This document shows positions 10,326 to 24,336 of a DNA stretch of 32,000 bases, piece by piece. Within the stretch, counting starts at the first letter, position 1. Each line of letters opens with the position of its first letter. The notes under the pieces are model-generated. The model was not told the DNA's origin. It did no database searches and saw nothing but the letters and a program-made list of their open reading frames with translations. Source of the DNA: Pseudomonas aeruginosa. GTDB lineage: Bacteria; Pseudomonadota; Gammaproteobacteria; Pseudomonadales; Pseudomonadaceae. A program made the translations under genes and the position numbers. The stretch spans positions 5,700,001 to 5,732,000 of the forward strand of contig NZ_LN831024.1 in assembly GCF_001457615.1 (NCBI RefSeq), in the 5' to 3' direction.

Positions 10326-11255
10326 TCACTCCGACCAGAAGCGTACTCCGGTCAGTTCTTCCGATAGCGCCCACAGCCGCGCGGCCAGCCCCAGGTCGCG
10401 CGCATTCCGCGGAATCCGCGCCGCCGCCGGATAACCGCGGGTTTCCAGCCAGCGATCCGGGCCAACATAGGCGCCGCCATACCAGCGCTGTTCGGTCAGC
10501 GCGGAAAGTGCCGGCAACGCCCCCATCTCCGCCGATTGCGCGAACGCTCCGTTGGCCACCTTCATCGCCCAGCGTCCCAGGCGCGAACCGGACATCGCCG
10601 GCGCCGCGTACTGCAGGTTGGTCGCCGCGTAGCCCGGATGCGCCGCCAGGCTCTGCAGAAGCACGCCCCGCTGGCCGGCGCGGCGCTGCAACTCCAGGCT
10701 GAACAGCAGATTGGCCTGCTTGCTGTGGCAATAGGCGAGATAGCGGTTGTAGCCGCGCTCGGCGTTGAGGTCGTCGAGCGGCAGCCAGCCGAACTGGTTG
10801 AAACCGCTGGTCATGCCCACCACCCTGGGCCGTGGAGCGGCCAGCAACGACTCCAGCAGCAGTCCCGTAAGGGCGAAGTGGCCGAGGTGATTGGTGCCCA
10901 TCTGCATCTCGAAACCGTCGCGGGTACGCCGCAGGGGCAGGAACATCACTCCGGCGTTGTTGAAAAAGAGATCGAGGCGTTCGTGGCGCTGACGGAAACC
11001 GGCGGCGCAGGCGCGGATCGAGGCGAGGTCGGCCAGGTCGAGATCGGCCAGCTCCAGGCGTGCCTGGGGATACTCGTCGAGGATCGCCCGCCGCGCCCGC
11101 TCCGCCTGTTCGCGATTGCGGCAGGCCATCACCACGGTCGCCCCTTTGCCGGCCAGCGTGCGCGCCGCCTGCCAACCCAGGCCGCTGTTGGCGCCGGTGA
11201 CCAGCGCCAGGCGCCCGGCCAGTTGTGGAATGTTGCGTCGTGCCCAGGGATGCAT
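10326..11255 (-). CDS. Short-chain dehydrogenase/reductase (SDR), NAD(P)-binding
   Basis: The real start is ATG 11255 (309 aa): MHPWARRN... then the Rossmann motif LVTGANSGLG, NNAG, and catalytic YCHSK (YxxxK). The 539-aa track ORF is an artefactual upstream extension that overlaps the AraC-type gene on the other strand. Confidence 0.85.
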   Translation of the reverse strand: MHPWARRNIPQLAGRLALVTGANSGLGWQAARTLAGKGATVVMACRNREQAERARRAILDEYPQARLELADLDLADLASIRACAAGFRQRHERLDLFFNNAGVMFLPLRRTRDGFEMQMGTNHLGHFALTGLLLESLLAAPRPRVVGMTSGFNQFGWLPLDDLNAERGYNRYLAYCHSKQANLLFSLELQRRAGQRGVLLQSLAAHPGYAATNLQYAAPAMSGSRLGRWAMKVANGAFAQSAEMGALPALSALTEQRWYGGAYVGPDRWLETRGYPAAARIPRNARDLGLAARLWALSEELTGVRFWSE

Positions 11256-11366
11256 CGCTCGTTCTCCGCTTGACTGCGTTGCCGGGCAGTATCGCGGCAC
11301 CAGCCAATGCAGCGGCAGACGCGCTCGCACCAGACTGCCGATCATTTCGGGCCAGGACACGCCAGC

Positions 11367-12440
11367 ATGAGCCGCCGCACGGACTCCGACGCACCGACCA
11401 TCACCGCCGCCTACCCGCGCCTGCTGCTCGGCCTGCTGGAGGAACGCGGCCTGGACGGACGTGCGCTGCTGCGGGAAATCGGTCTGTCGACGCTGCGACT
11501 GGAAGAGCCGGAAGCACGCGTCACATCGCAGCAGTACCAGGCGATCGCCGCCACGGCGCTCGCGCTGAGCGGCGACCCCGGCCTCGGCGCACAGCTCGCC
11601 TTGCGCACGCCTCCCACCGCCCATGGCAGCCTGGGCTACGCGATGATGGCCTCGGCGACGCTCGGCGATGCCTTGTGCCTGGCGCTGCGCTACATGCCGC
11701 TGCTGCAGGGCAACGTCGAAATCAGCCTGCTGCGCGAGGACGAGCAGGTGATCCTGCGCCTGCTGCCAGGCCCTGCGCTCCCGCCGGCGCTGCACCGGTA
11801 CTTCAGCGAAGCCCTGCTGATCGGCCTGTATCGCTCCGGCGCCTGGCTGCTCGGCGAACCGGCCCTGGTCGGCAGGCTCGACTTCGACTACCCCGAACCT
11901 GCCGTGCCTGTGCCGCTGCCGCAGTGCCGCTACGACCAGGCCCACGTCCAGTTGGTGTTCCCCGCCATCCTGCTCGCCCGCTCGCTACCGATGGCCGATC
12001 CGGCTGCGTTGCGCCGCGCCCGCGAACACTGCGAGCGCGAACTGGCGCTGCTCGATGCCGGCCGCCGGGACATCTGCGCCCGCGTGCGGCTGGAGCTGGA
12101 ACGCCAGGAACAGCGCTTCCCCAACCTGGAGGAAGTAGCCGCGCGCCTGCACCTGTCCAGCCGCAGCCTCAAGCGGCATCTGCATGACGCCGGCACCAGC
12201 TTTCGCCAGTTGCTCGGTCAGGCTCGCCAGCGCCAGGCCTTGCGATTGCTGCGGCGTCCCGAGGTGTCGTTGCAGCGTATCGCCCTGTACCTGGGTTACA
12301 GCGATCCAACCAACTTCACCCGCGCCTTCAAGCGCTGGACCGGCGAGCCGCCGAGCGACACCCGCGCCCGCCTGCTGGGCGGGCAACCAGTTTCACGAAC
12401 AAATGCCAAGCGCTCGACAAATCCCTCGCGTTTCCCTTGA
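11367..12440 (+). CDS. AraC/XylS-family transcriptional regulator
   Basis: The C-terminal double HTH (LEEVAARLHLSSRSLKRHLHDAGTSFRQLL ... IALYLGYSDPTNFTRAFKRWTGEPPS) is diagnostic. The start is placed at ATG 11367 (AGGAC 8 nt upstream); the track start 11307 is possible. Confidence 0.85.
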   Translation: MSRRTDSDAPTITAAYPRLLLGLLEERGLDGRALLREIGLSTLRLEEPEARVTSQQYQAIAATALALSGDPGLGAQLALRTPPTAHGSLGYAMMASATLGDALCLALRYMPLLQGNVEISLLREDEQVILRLLPGPALPPALHRYFSEALLIGLYRSGAWLLGEPALVGRLDFDYPEPAVPVPLPQCRYDQAHVQLVFPAILLARSLPMADPAALRRAREHCERELALLDAGRRDICARVRLELERQEQRFPNLEEVAARLHLSSRSLKRHLHDAGTSFRQLLGQARQRQALRLLRRPEVSLQRIALYLGYSDPTNFTRAFKRWTGEPPSDTRARLLGGQPVSRTNAKRSTNPSRFP

Positions 12441-12513
12441 GCGCAGCAAGCGCTGTTCTATGCTGCTGCGGCCGGCATCCGGCCGGCCTCGACAGCGATA
12501 TGAAAGGGACTTT

Positions 12514-13494
12514 ATGAAACCAGCGATCAAGCGCGCCTGCCTGCTCGGCACGGCACTGTTCTCCCTCTGCGCCAGCGCAGCCCAGGCGGCCGGCGTTCTG
12601 GTAGGAACCTGGGACCTGCGGGGCAACGGCCAGCTCGCCGCGGTCTACCGCGACGGCGCCAACCTGCAGGTGGTGGAAGGCGGCAGCACCCGCAACTACA
12701 GCTTCGGCAACGTGGTCTGGTCGGTCTTCGGCGCCACCGATACCGACGGCCAGCCCGGCGCGGAAATCCTGGTCAAGGCCGGTCCCGACCTGGTGATCGT
12801 TTCCCACGCCAGCACCACCCAGCGCAAGTACCCGGTAGGCAACGTCTCCTGGGCGATCATGCGCGCCACCGACGTCGACAACGTCGCCGGCGACGAAGTC
12901 ATCCTCAGCATCGGCAACGGCGTGCGCACCGTATTCGATCGCACCCGTACGCAACGCGACGCCACCTTCAGCTACAACGGCACCTGGGGCCTGTTCGACG
13001 TCGCCGACGTGGACGGCGCGCCGGGCAAGGAACTGGTGCTGAACATGGGCAACGGCGTCAAGGTCATCGACCCGCGCACCAGTGGCGCCAAGGACTTCAC
13101 CTTCAGCGGCTACCACGCGCTCGCACAGATCGCCGACCTCGACGGCCAGCCCGGCGCGGAGATCATCGGCCGCACCAGCACCGGCATCTACGTGATCAGC
13201 AACGCCAGTTCCCGCAAGGAATACAACATCGGCGCCAGCGCCTGGGCACTCTATGGCGGCACCGCGGACACCGACGGCAAGCCGGGCAACGAGCTGATCG
13301 TGGTGATGCAGGGCAAGGTGCGGGTCATCCACCACGCCAGCGGCGCCAGCAGCGACTACCGCATCGGCGACGTCAACTACAGCATCGATTCGGTGGCCGA
13401 CATGGATGGCCAGCCGGGCGCGGAAATCCTCGTGCGCGACGCCAACGGCAAGCTGTTCGTGATCAACGACCGCACCGGCAAGGTAAGCAGTTGA
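12514..13494 (+). CDS. Secreted/periplasmic hypothetical protein with seven FG-GAP/VCBS-like repeats (predicted beta-propeller)
   Basis: ATG 12514 is preceded by AAAGGGA. The signal peptide is MKPAIKRACLLGTALFSLCASAAQA|AG. Six (A/T)D-x-D-(G/N)-x-(P/A)-G-x-E motifs recur every 43-45 aa, plus a degenerate first repeat. The 436-aa track ORF is an upstream extension. Confidence 0.8.
   Translation: MKPAIKRACLLGTALFSLCASAAQAAGVLVGTWDLRGNGQLAAVYRDGANLQVVEGGSTRNYSFGNVVWSVFGATDTDGQPGAEILVKAGPDLVIVSHASTTQRKYPVGNVSWAIMRATDVDNVAGDEVILSIGNGVRTVFDRTRTQRDATFSYNGTWGLFDVADVDGAPGKELVLNMGNGVKVIDPRTSGAKDFTFSGYHALAQIADLDGQPGAEIIGRTSTGIYVISNASSRKEYNIGASAWALYGGTADTDGKPGNELIVVMQGKVRVIHHASGASSDYRIGDVNYSIDSVADMDGQPGAEILVRDANGKLFVINDRTGKVSS
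12610..13491 (+). repeat. Seven tandem ~44-aa (~132-nt) protein-level repeats within the secreted protein
   Basis: Motif positions by my count are aa 75, 119, 164, 207, 251 and 295: TDTDGQPGAE, TDVDNVAGDE, ADVDGAPGKE, ADLDGQPGAE, ADTDGKPGNE, ADMDGQPGAE. A degenerate WDLRGNG lies at aa 33. Confidence 0.7.
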
Positions 13495-13576
13495 GCCGGG
13501 CGGGTTGCGTAGGGCGGGTACGCCACCGGCGCGACCCCGCCAGCCAACGCGCCGGAGGGCCGTCGGCCCGCGCATG

Positions 13577-13606
13577 AAAAAGGGGAGCCTCGGCTCCCCT
13601 TCTTTC
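13577..13606. terminator. Bidirectional rho-independent terminator between the convergent propeller-protein gene and hemE
   Basis: AAAA-AGGGGAGCC-tc-GGCTCCCCT-TCTTT. The 9-bp GC-rich arms (13581-13589 / 13592-13600) are flanked by an A-run and a T-rich run, so it could work on both strands. Confidence 0.7.
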
Positions 13607-13614
13607 GTTCCGGC

Positions 13615-14682
13615 TCAGCCGTGGTACTGCGCCGACAGCTCGTGCACCGCCTCGAAGAAGGCGCCGGCATGGGCCGGGTCGACTTCCGGGGTGATGCCGT
13701 GGCCGAGATTGAACACATGCCCCGTACCCTTGCCGTAGGCCGCCAGGATCCGCGCGACTTCGGCGCGGATCGCCGCCGGATTGGCGTAGAGCACCGAAGG
13801 ATCCATGTTGCCTTGCAGGGCTACGCGCTCACCGACACGGGCCCGGGCGCTGCCGATGTCGCAGGTCCAGTCCAGGCCCAGCGCCTCGGCGCCGACCTCG
13901 GCCATCGACTCCAGCCACAGGCCGCCTCCCTTGGTGAAGAGGATCACCGGCACCCGGCGTCCGTCGTGCTCGCGGATCAATCCATCGACGATCTTGCGCA
14001 TGTAGGCCAGGGAGAACTCCTGGTAGGCCGCCGCCGACAGGCTGCCGCCCCATGAGTCGAAGATCTGCACCGCCTGGGCGCCGGCGTGGATCTGCCCGTT
14101 GAGGTAGCTGGTCACCGATTGCGCCAGCTTGTCCAGCAGAGCGTGCATGGCCTTGGGGTTGTCGTAGAGCATCGCCTTGGACTTGCGGAAGTCCTTGCTC
14201 GAGCCGCCCTCGACCATGTAGGTGGCGAGGGTCCAGGGGCTGCCGGAGAAGCCGATCAGCGGTACGCGGCCGTTCAGCTCGCGGCGGATGGTGCGCACGG
14301 CGTCCATCACATAGCCCAGGTCCTGTTCCGGATCGGGAACCGGCAGCGCCTCGATGTCGGCCAGCGACGAGACCACCTTGCGGAAGCGCGGGCCTTCGCC
14401 GGTCTCGAAGTACAGGCCCTGGCCCATGGCATCGGGAATGGTCAGGATATCGGAGAAGAGGATCGCGGCGTCCAGCTGCGGGTAACGGTCCAGCGGCTGC
14501 AGGGTCACTTCGCAGGCCAGCTCCGGGTTCATGCACAGGCTCATGAAATCGCCGGCCTTGGCACGGGTGGCACGGTATTCCGGCAGGTAACGACCGGCCT
14601 GGCGCATCATCCAGACGGGGGTGACATCGACGGGCTGCTTGAGCAGGGCGCGGAGGAAGCGGTCGTTCTTCAGGGCAGTCAT
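13615..14682 (-). CDS. hemE: Uroporphyrinogen decarboxylase
   Basis: A 355-aa ORF with the URO-D signature [16 protein letters not shown] near the N-terminus and full-length family resemblance. Confidence 0.95.
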   Translation of the reverse strand: MTALKNDRFLRALLKQPVDVTPVWMMRQAGRYLPEYRATRAKAGDFMSLCMNPELACEVTLQPLDRYPQLDAAILFSDILTIPDAMGQGLYFETGEGPRFRKVVSSLADIEALPVPDPEQDLGYVMDAVRTIRRELNGRVPLIGFSGSPWTLATYMVEGGSSKDFRKSKAMLYDNPKAMHALLDKLAQSVTSYLNGQIHAGAQAVQIFDSWGGSLSAAAYQEFSLAYMRKIVDGLIREHDGRRVPVILFTKGGGLWLESMAEVGAEALGLDWTCDIGSARARVGERVALQGNMDPSVLYANPAAIRAEVARILAAYGKGTGHVFNLGHGITPEVDPAHAGAFFEAVHELSAQYHG

Positions 14683-14780
14683 AACGGCATCCGATCAAAG
14701 GCTGCTGGCTTCACGCGGGCGCGTGCGGAAGGGGGTTATCCACAGGCCGGCGGGCGAAAAGGGCCGCTATTGTCGCAAAG

Positions 14781-14818
14781 CACAAAACAAAAGGCACGGC
14801 GGGGGCCGTGCCTTTTGT
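14781..14818 (-). terminator. Rho-independent terminator downstream of gltD
   Basis: The minus strand reads AAAAGGCACGGC-cccc-GCCGTGCCTTTT followed by GTTTTGTG. A perfect 10-12 bp stem is followed by a T-rich tail, about 45 nt after the gltD stop. Confidence 0.8.
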
Positions 14819-14858
14819 CTATCGCGGTGATTTGTCGCAGCGCCGGTGGCGCCGCGGA

Positions 14859-16301
<1,443 letters not shown>

Positions 16302-16320
16302 TCATCACAACTTCGGGCGC

Positions 16321-20766
<4,446 letters not shown>

Positions 20767-20850
20767 AAGGAACTCTCACCGGCAAAACTTTTTTAGTCAT
20801 CTACTTCGCCTGTCACCCGCTCATGCGGCGAGTTTTCGACAGGCAAAGGG

Positions 20851-20879
20851 AGGCCATTGTACATAGGTGCACAAGGCCT
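20851..20879. promoter_or_regulatory. Imperfect palindrome upstream of gltB (candidate operator)
   Basis: AGGCC-A-TTGTACA-TAGG-TGCACAA-GGCCT. The core half-sites match at 6/7 and the outer AGGCC/GGCCT arms are perfect. It lies about 90-110 bp upstream of the gltB ATG. The binding protein is unknown. Confidence 0.25.
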
Positions 20880-20990
20880 CACAAATTTTGCGGCGAGAAA
20901 ATGAAATTCAATGTCGCCAAAATGAAAGACGAAACCCGCCGGTCATGCTAACGACTAGCGAGTTTCGTCAAGAGGCGACGGCAGGTCGGA

Positions 20991-22655
20991 TCAATGCGCC
21001 TGGCCGATCTCCTGCTGGATGCTGGCGAAGGTACGCGGCCACGGCTTGCCGGCCTGCACCTTGGACGGCAGTTTTTTCACTGCGGCCAGGGCGGCGGCAC
21101 GGTTCGGGAAGCTGCCATAGGTGACGACGTAGAACGGCTTGCCTTGCAGGGTTTTCTTGAAGTAGCGGAAATCGCCGCCGCCCTGCTGGCGAATGAACGC
21201 CTGGGCATTGGCTTCGGAGCCGGTACCGAGGATCTGCAGGGCGAAGTTACCACCAGACTGGTTGCGATACCACTGACTTCCCGCACCGCCACCGCTGGCC
21301 GGCTTGGCGGCCGGAGCCGGGGCCGGCTTCGCCGCGGCGGTGGTGGCCGGCTTGCTGGCCGCCGGCTTGCTGGCCGCCGGCTTGGCCGGAGCCGGGGCCG
21401 GCTTGCTGGCCGGGGCGCTGGCGACCGGCGCGGCCGGTGCCGGGGTCTGCGCCGGAGTCGGGGTCGCCGCAGGCGCGGTCGGTTCGGTCGGCGCCGGCGG
21501 CACCGGATGCATCGGCGTGACGCCGTTGTTGGCCAGCGGCGTCACCGGAGGAGCCGAGCTGGAAACGGTAGGCGGCACCGCGGCGGACGGCAGGCCGCCT
21601 TCGTCGTCGCCACCTTGCCCGGCGGCCTGGGCCAGCGGCTCGCGAATGACCGGCTGCGACTCGCCGACCAACGGTAGCGGCAACGGCTGGCTGGAGCCGT
21701 TGAACTCCACGGCCGGGCCGCTGCCCGGCTGCTGGGCCTGGGCCGGCGTACCACCATTCATGGACAATTCGGTAGAGGCGGTCTGCGGCGCCTCCGGCTT
21801 GCTCTTGCCTTGCATGAACCAGGCGGCGATCACGCCGATGGCCACGACCGCAAGAATCACCAGATGCTTCTTGGGCAAGTTGAAAGACCCTCCGGTTGCC
21901 TTGCGCGCTGCGCCACGATTGGCCAGCATCGCTTCGATCAGGGCATCGCGGGCGACCTGGTTGATCGCTCCCGGCCAGCCTTCCGACTGCTCGTGGATGT
22001 CCACCAGCAGGTCGTTGGAAATCAGCTCGATGCCCTGCCCGGCGCCCTCGAGACGCTGGGCCAGGTAGTCGCGGGTTTCCTCTTCGCTGTATGGCTGCAA
22101 TTCGATGGCATGGAAGCGCTCCTCACCCTCGGAAAACACCTCCAGGCGCGGCAGCAACGACGGCTCACCGAACAGGAATACATGCAGGCGTCCCTCGTTG
22201 GTGCCGGAAGCCAGCAGCAACAGCACTTCCAGCGCGCTGTCCTGGAGCTGTTCGGCATCGTCCACCATCAGGTAGACGTCCTGCCCGGTGATCGCCAGCT
22301 GCGCCACCTTGGTCAGGATCGCCTCCAGGCTCGCCTGGTTGATGCTCAGGCCCTGCGCCACCTGGCGCAGCAACGAAGTCTCGTCGGCGGCGGTGCGCGC
22401 CGAGATCACCACGCTGAGGACCGCATCCTTGTTGGTGCTGGCCACCAGCGCCTGGCGCAGCAGGGTCTTGCCGCTGCCCAGGGGCCCGGTGACCAGCAGC
22501 AGGAGCTGGCTGTAGCGGGCCAGATGGTGCAACTGGCCGAGCACCGGCTTGCGCTGCGCCGGGAAGAACTTGAAACCCGGAACGCGCGGCGCGAACGGGT
22601 CGTGACTGAATTGGTAGTGGCCCAGGAAGGCCTCATCGGCATGCAAGCTGGTCAT
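20991..22655 (-). CDS. ExeA/MshM-like AAA ATPase - TM helix - Pro/Ala-rich linker - SPOR peptidoglycan-binding domain protein (occupies the damX position)
   Basis: A 554-aa ORF. Features: Walker A GPLGSGKT (nt 22464-22487), Walker B VYLMVDDAE (22251-22277), a TM segment LVILAVVAIGVIAAWF (~21813-21866), a P/A/T-rich low-complexity region (~21291-21593), and a C-terminal SPOR-like block WYRNQSGGNFALQILGTGSEANAQAFI...PFYVVTYGSFPNRAAALAAVKKLP (~21000-21275). The ATG lies 6 nt after the aroB stop. Confidence 0.85.
   Translation of the reverse strand: MTSLHADEAFLGHYQFSHDPFAPRVPGFKFFPAQRKPVLGQLHHLARYSQLLLLVTGPLGSGKTLLRQALVASTNKDAVLSVVISARTAADETSLLRQVAQGLSINQASLEAILTKVAQLAITGQDVYLMVDDAEQLQDSALEVLLLLASGTNEGRLHVFLFGEPSLLPRLEVFSEGEERFHAIELQPYSEEETRDYLAQRLEGAGQGIELISNDLLVDIHEQSEGWPGAINQVARDALIEAMLANRGAARKATGGSFNLPKKHLVILAVVAIGVIAAWFMQGKSKPEAPQTASTELSMNGGTPAQAQQPGSGPAVEFNGSSQPLPLPLVGESQPVIREPLAQAAGQGGDDEGGLPSAAVPPTVSSSAPPVTPLANNGVTPMHPVPPAPTEPTAPAATPTPAQTPAPAAPVASAPASKPAPAPAKPAASKPAASKPATTAAAKPAPAPAAKPASGGGAGSQWYRNQSGGNFALQILGTGSEANAQAFIRQQGGGDFRYFKKTLQGKPFYVVTYGSFPNRAAALAAVKKLPSKVQAGKPWPRTFASIQQEIGQAH
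21346..21390 (-). repeat. 15-bp tandem repeat (2 perfect copies plus 1 degenerate) encoding the KPAAS repeats of the linker
   Basis: On the plus strand, GCCGGCTTGCTGGCC occurs at 21346-21360 and 21361-21375, followed by GCCGGCTTGGCCGGA at 21376-21390. The protein reads KPAASKPAASKPA. Confidence 0.6.
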
Positions 22656-22661
22656 GGGACC

Positions 22662-23768
22662 TCATTCATCTCCAAGCTGGTCGGCCAAGGCCCGATAGTC
22701 GGTGCGCAGGGTCGCGTCCAAGATCTCACGGGGAAAATCGCCGGTGACCACGGCATTCCCCAGTCCTTGCAGCAAAACCAGACGCAGGCGGCCATCGAGC
22801 ACTTTCTTGTCGACGGCCATGTGTTCCATAAAATCTTCCGCCGTCATCTCGGCCGGCGGTACCACGGGCAGGCCAGCCCGGCGCAGCAGGCGGATACCGC
22901 GATCGCGCTCGGCGGCGCTCAGCCAACCCAACCGATGCGACATCTCGAGTGCCATCACGGTTCCCGCCCCTACCGCTTCGCCGTGCAGCCAGACGCCGTA
23001 ACCCTGCTGGGTCTCGATCGCATGACCGAAGGTATGGCCGAGGTTCAGCGTGGCACGCACGCCCGACTCGCGCTCGTCGGCGCCCACCACGCGGGCCTTC
23101 GCCGCGCAAGAGCGCTCGATGGCCTCGGTGACAACGGTCGGCTCCAGTGCCAGCAAGGCATCCATGTGCTCTTCCAGCCAGGTGATGAACGGTTCGTCGC
23201 AAATGAAACCGTACTTGATCACCTCCGCCAGCCCGGCGGACAGCTCGCGGGACGGCAGCGTCTTCAGCGACGCGGTGTCGATGACCACCGCCTGGGGCTG
23301 GTAGAACGCACCGATCATATTCTTGCCCAACGGATGGTTGATCCCGGTCTTGCCGCCCACCGAGGAGTCGACCTGGGACAACAGGGTGGTCGGCACCTGG
23401 ATGAAGTTGACCCCACGCTGGTAGCAGGCCGCGGCGAAACCGGCCATGTCACCGATGACGCCGCCGCCCAGGGCGATCAGGGTAGTCTTGCGGTCATGCC
23501 GCTCCTTCAGCAGGGCATCGAAGATCAGTTGCAGGGTTTCCCACTGCTTGTAGGCCTCGCCGTCGGGCAGCACCACAGGGGTGACCTCATGGCCTTGCAG
23601 TGCCTTGAGCAGGGTTTCCAGATAGAGAGGAGCGACCGTTTCGTTGCTGATCACCGCGACCCGGCGACCGACGATATGCGGCGCGAACCAGCGGGCGTCG
23701 CCCAGCAGGTTTTCACCGATGTAAATGGGATAGCTACGCTCGCCTAGATCGACGTGAAGTGTGCGCAT
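22662..23768 (-). CDS. aroB: 3-dehydroquinate synthase
   Basis: The true start is ATG 23768 (368 aa): [18 protein letters not shown]..., with the nucleotide-binding motif [14 protein letters not shown] and metal ligands in the HTFGHAIE block. The track ORF (413 aa) is extended upstream into aroK. Confidence 0.95.
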   Translation of the reverse strand: MRTLHVDLGERSYPIYIGENLLGDARWFAPHIVGRRVAVISNETVAPLYLETLLKALQGHEVTPVVLPDGEAYKQWETLQLIFDALLKERHDRKTTLIALGGGVIGDMAGFAAACYQRGVNFIQVPTTLLSQVDSSVGGKTGINHPLGKNMIGAFYQPQAVVIDTASLKTLPSRELSAGLAEVIKYGFICDEPFITWLEEHMDALLALEPTVVTEAIERSCAAKARVVGADERESGVRATLNLGHTFGHAIETQQGYGVWLHGEAVGAGTVMALEMSHRLGWLSAAERDRGIRLLRRAGLPVVPPAEMTAEDFMEHMAVDKKVLDGRLRLVLLQGLGNAVVTGDFPREILDATLRTDYRALADQLGDE

Positions 23769-23817
23769 GAGGCCCCCAGACAGGAAAGGGCAATAGGATA
23801 ACGCAATTCGCCGCGCC

Positions 23818-24336
23818 TCAGCGGGGCGGCAACTTGCGCAGGCGTTCGAGAATTTCCTGGACGACCAGGCGCGGCGGCCTTTCGTCGGTCTCCACCACCA
23901 CATCGGCGATTTCGCGGTAGAGCGGATCGCGCAGCGCCATCAGGTCGCGGAGGATCTGTCCCGGGTTGGGCTTCTGCAACAAGGGGCGGTTGCGGTCCCG
24001 CGCCGTGCGCGCGATCTGGTGCTCGACCGAGGCATGCAGGTACACAACCCGGCCACCGGCGCGCAGCACCTGGCGGTTACCGTCGCGCATCACCGCCCCG
24101 CCGCCGGTGGCGATCACCATGCCGTCGGCGGCGCAGAGTTCGGTGAGCATGGCCTGCTCGCGCTCGCGGAAACCGACCTCGCCCTCGACATCGAAGATCC
24201 ATGGGATATTCGCGCCGCACCGCTGTTCGATCTCCTTGTCGGAGTCCTTGAACGCGAGATGCAGCTCCTTGGCGAGCAGGCGCCCGATGGTGCTCTTTCC
24301 AGCACCCATCGGGCCGACGAGGATCAGGTTGACCAC
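23818..24336 (-). CDS. aroK: Shikimate kinase
   Basis: A 172-aa ORF with P-loop [12 protein letters not shown] and the shikimate-binding motif GGGAV. The GTG start at 24336 lies 11 nt after the pilQ stop. Confidence 0.95.

Noticed and set aside
10326-11945. 539-aa version of the SDR ORF, and similar 5' extensions of aroB (to 23903), pilO (to 27840), the propeller protein (from 12184) and the MFS gene (from 8916)
   Set aside because: The extensions are low-complexity, overlap neighbouring genes and lack SDs. Internal starts with SDs give proteins that begin at the conserved N-termini (Rossmann motif, [14 protein letters not shown], signal peptide).
12441-12513. Two short GC hairpins (GCAGCA...TGCTGC; GGCCGG-cat-CCGGCC) between the AraC-type gene and the propeller gene, as terminators
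   Set aside because: No T-rich tail follows and the second has only a 3-nt loop. They may be incidental GC-rich dyads.
8888-13575. Long alternative-frame or antisense ORFs: 8888..10702 (+), 10201..11394 (-), 11225..12187 (+), 12328..13575 (-)
   Set aside because: All overlap better-supported genes (MFS, SDR, AraC, propeller). All have Arg/Pro/Gly/Ala-dominated sequences characteristic of off-frame translation of GC-rich DNA.
13495-13576. GC-rich tract after the propeller gene stop with partial dyads (GGCGGGTACGCC...CCCCGCC), as a REP-like element
   Set aside because: I could not define a clean palindrome or match a remembered P. aeruginosa REP consensus. The clear terminator lies just downstream at 13577-13606.
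20841-20858. Sigma54-like promoter for gltB (minus strand TGGCCTCCCTTTGCC)
   Set aside because: The GG and GC elements are present but spaced one nucleotide too close (11 instead of 12 from G to G). Spacing is strict for RpoN promoters.
20857-20874. NtrC-type site (TGCACC-N5-GGTGCA) in the gltB upstream palindrome
   Set aside because: Only the right half (GGTGCA) matches. The left half is TGTACA and the half-site spacing is too short.
20858-21124. Small plus-strand ORFs in the gltB upstream spacer: TTG 20858 (15 codons, preceded by GGGAGG), ATG 20901 (16 codons), and track ORF 20867..21124
   Set aside because: They are very short or run antisense into the 3' end of the AAA/SPOR gene. I cannot assess conservation, and they are most likely chance ORFs in an AT-richer spacer.
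21291-21593. Repetitive GC-rich DNA in the linker region, as a CRISPR-like or intergenic VNTR array
   Set aside because: It lies within a continuous ORF, the repeats are contiguous with no spacers, and they translate to a Pro/Ala-rich linker.
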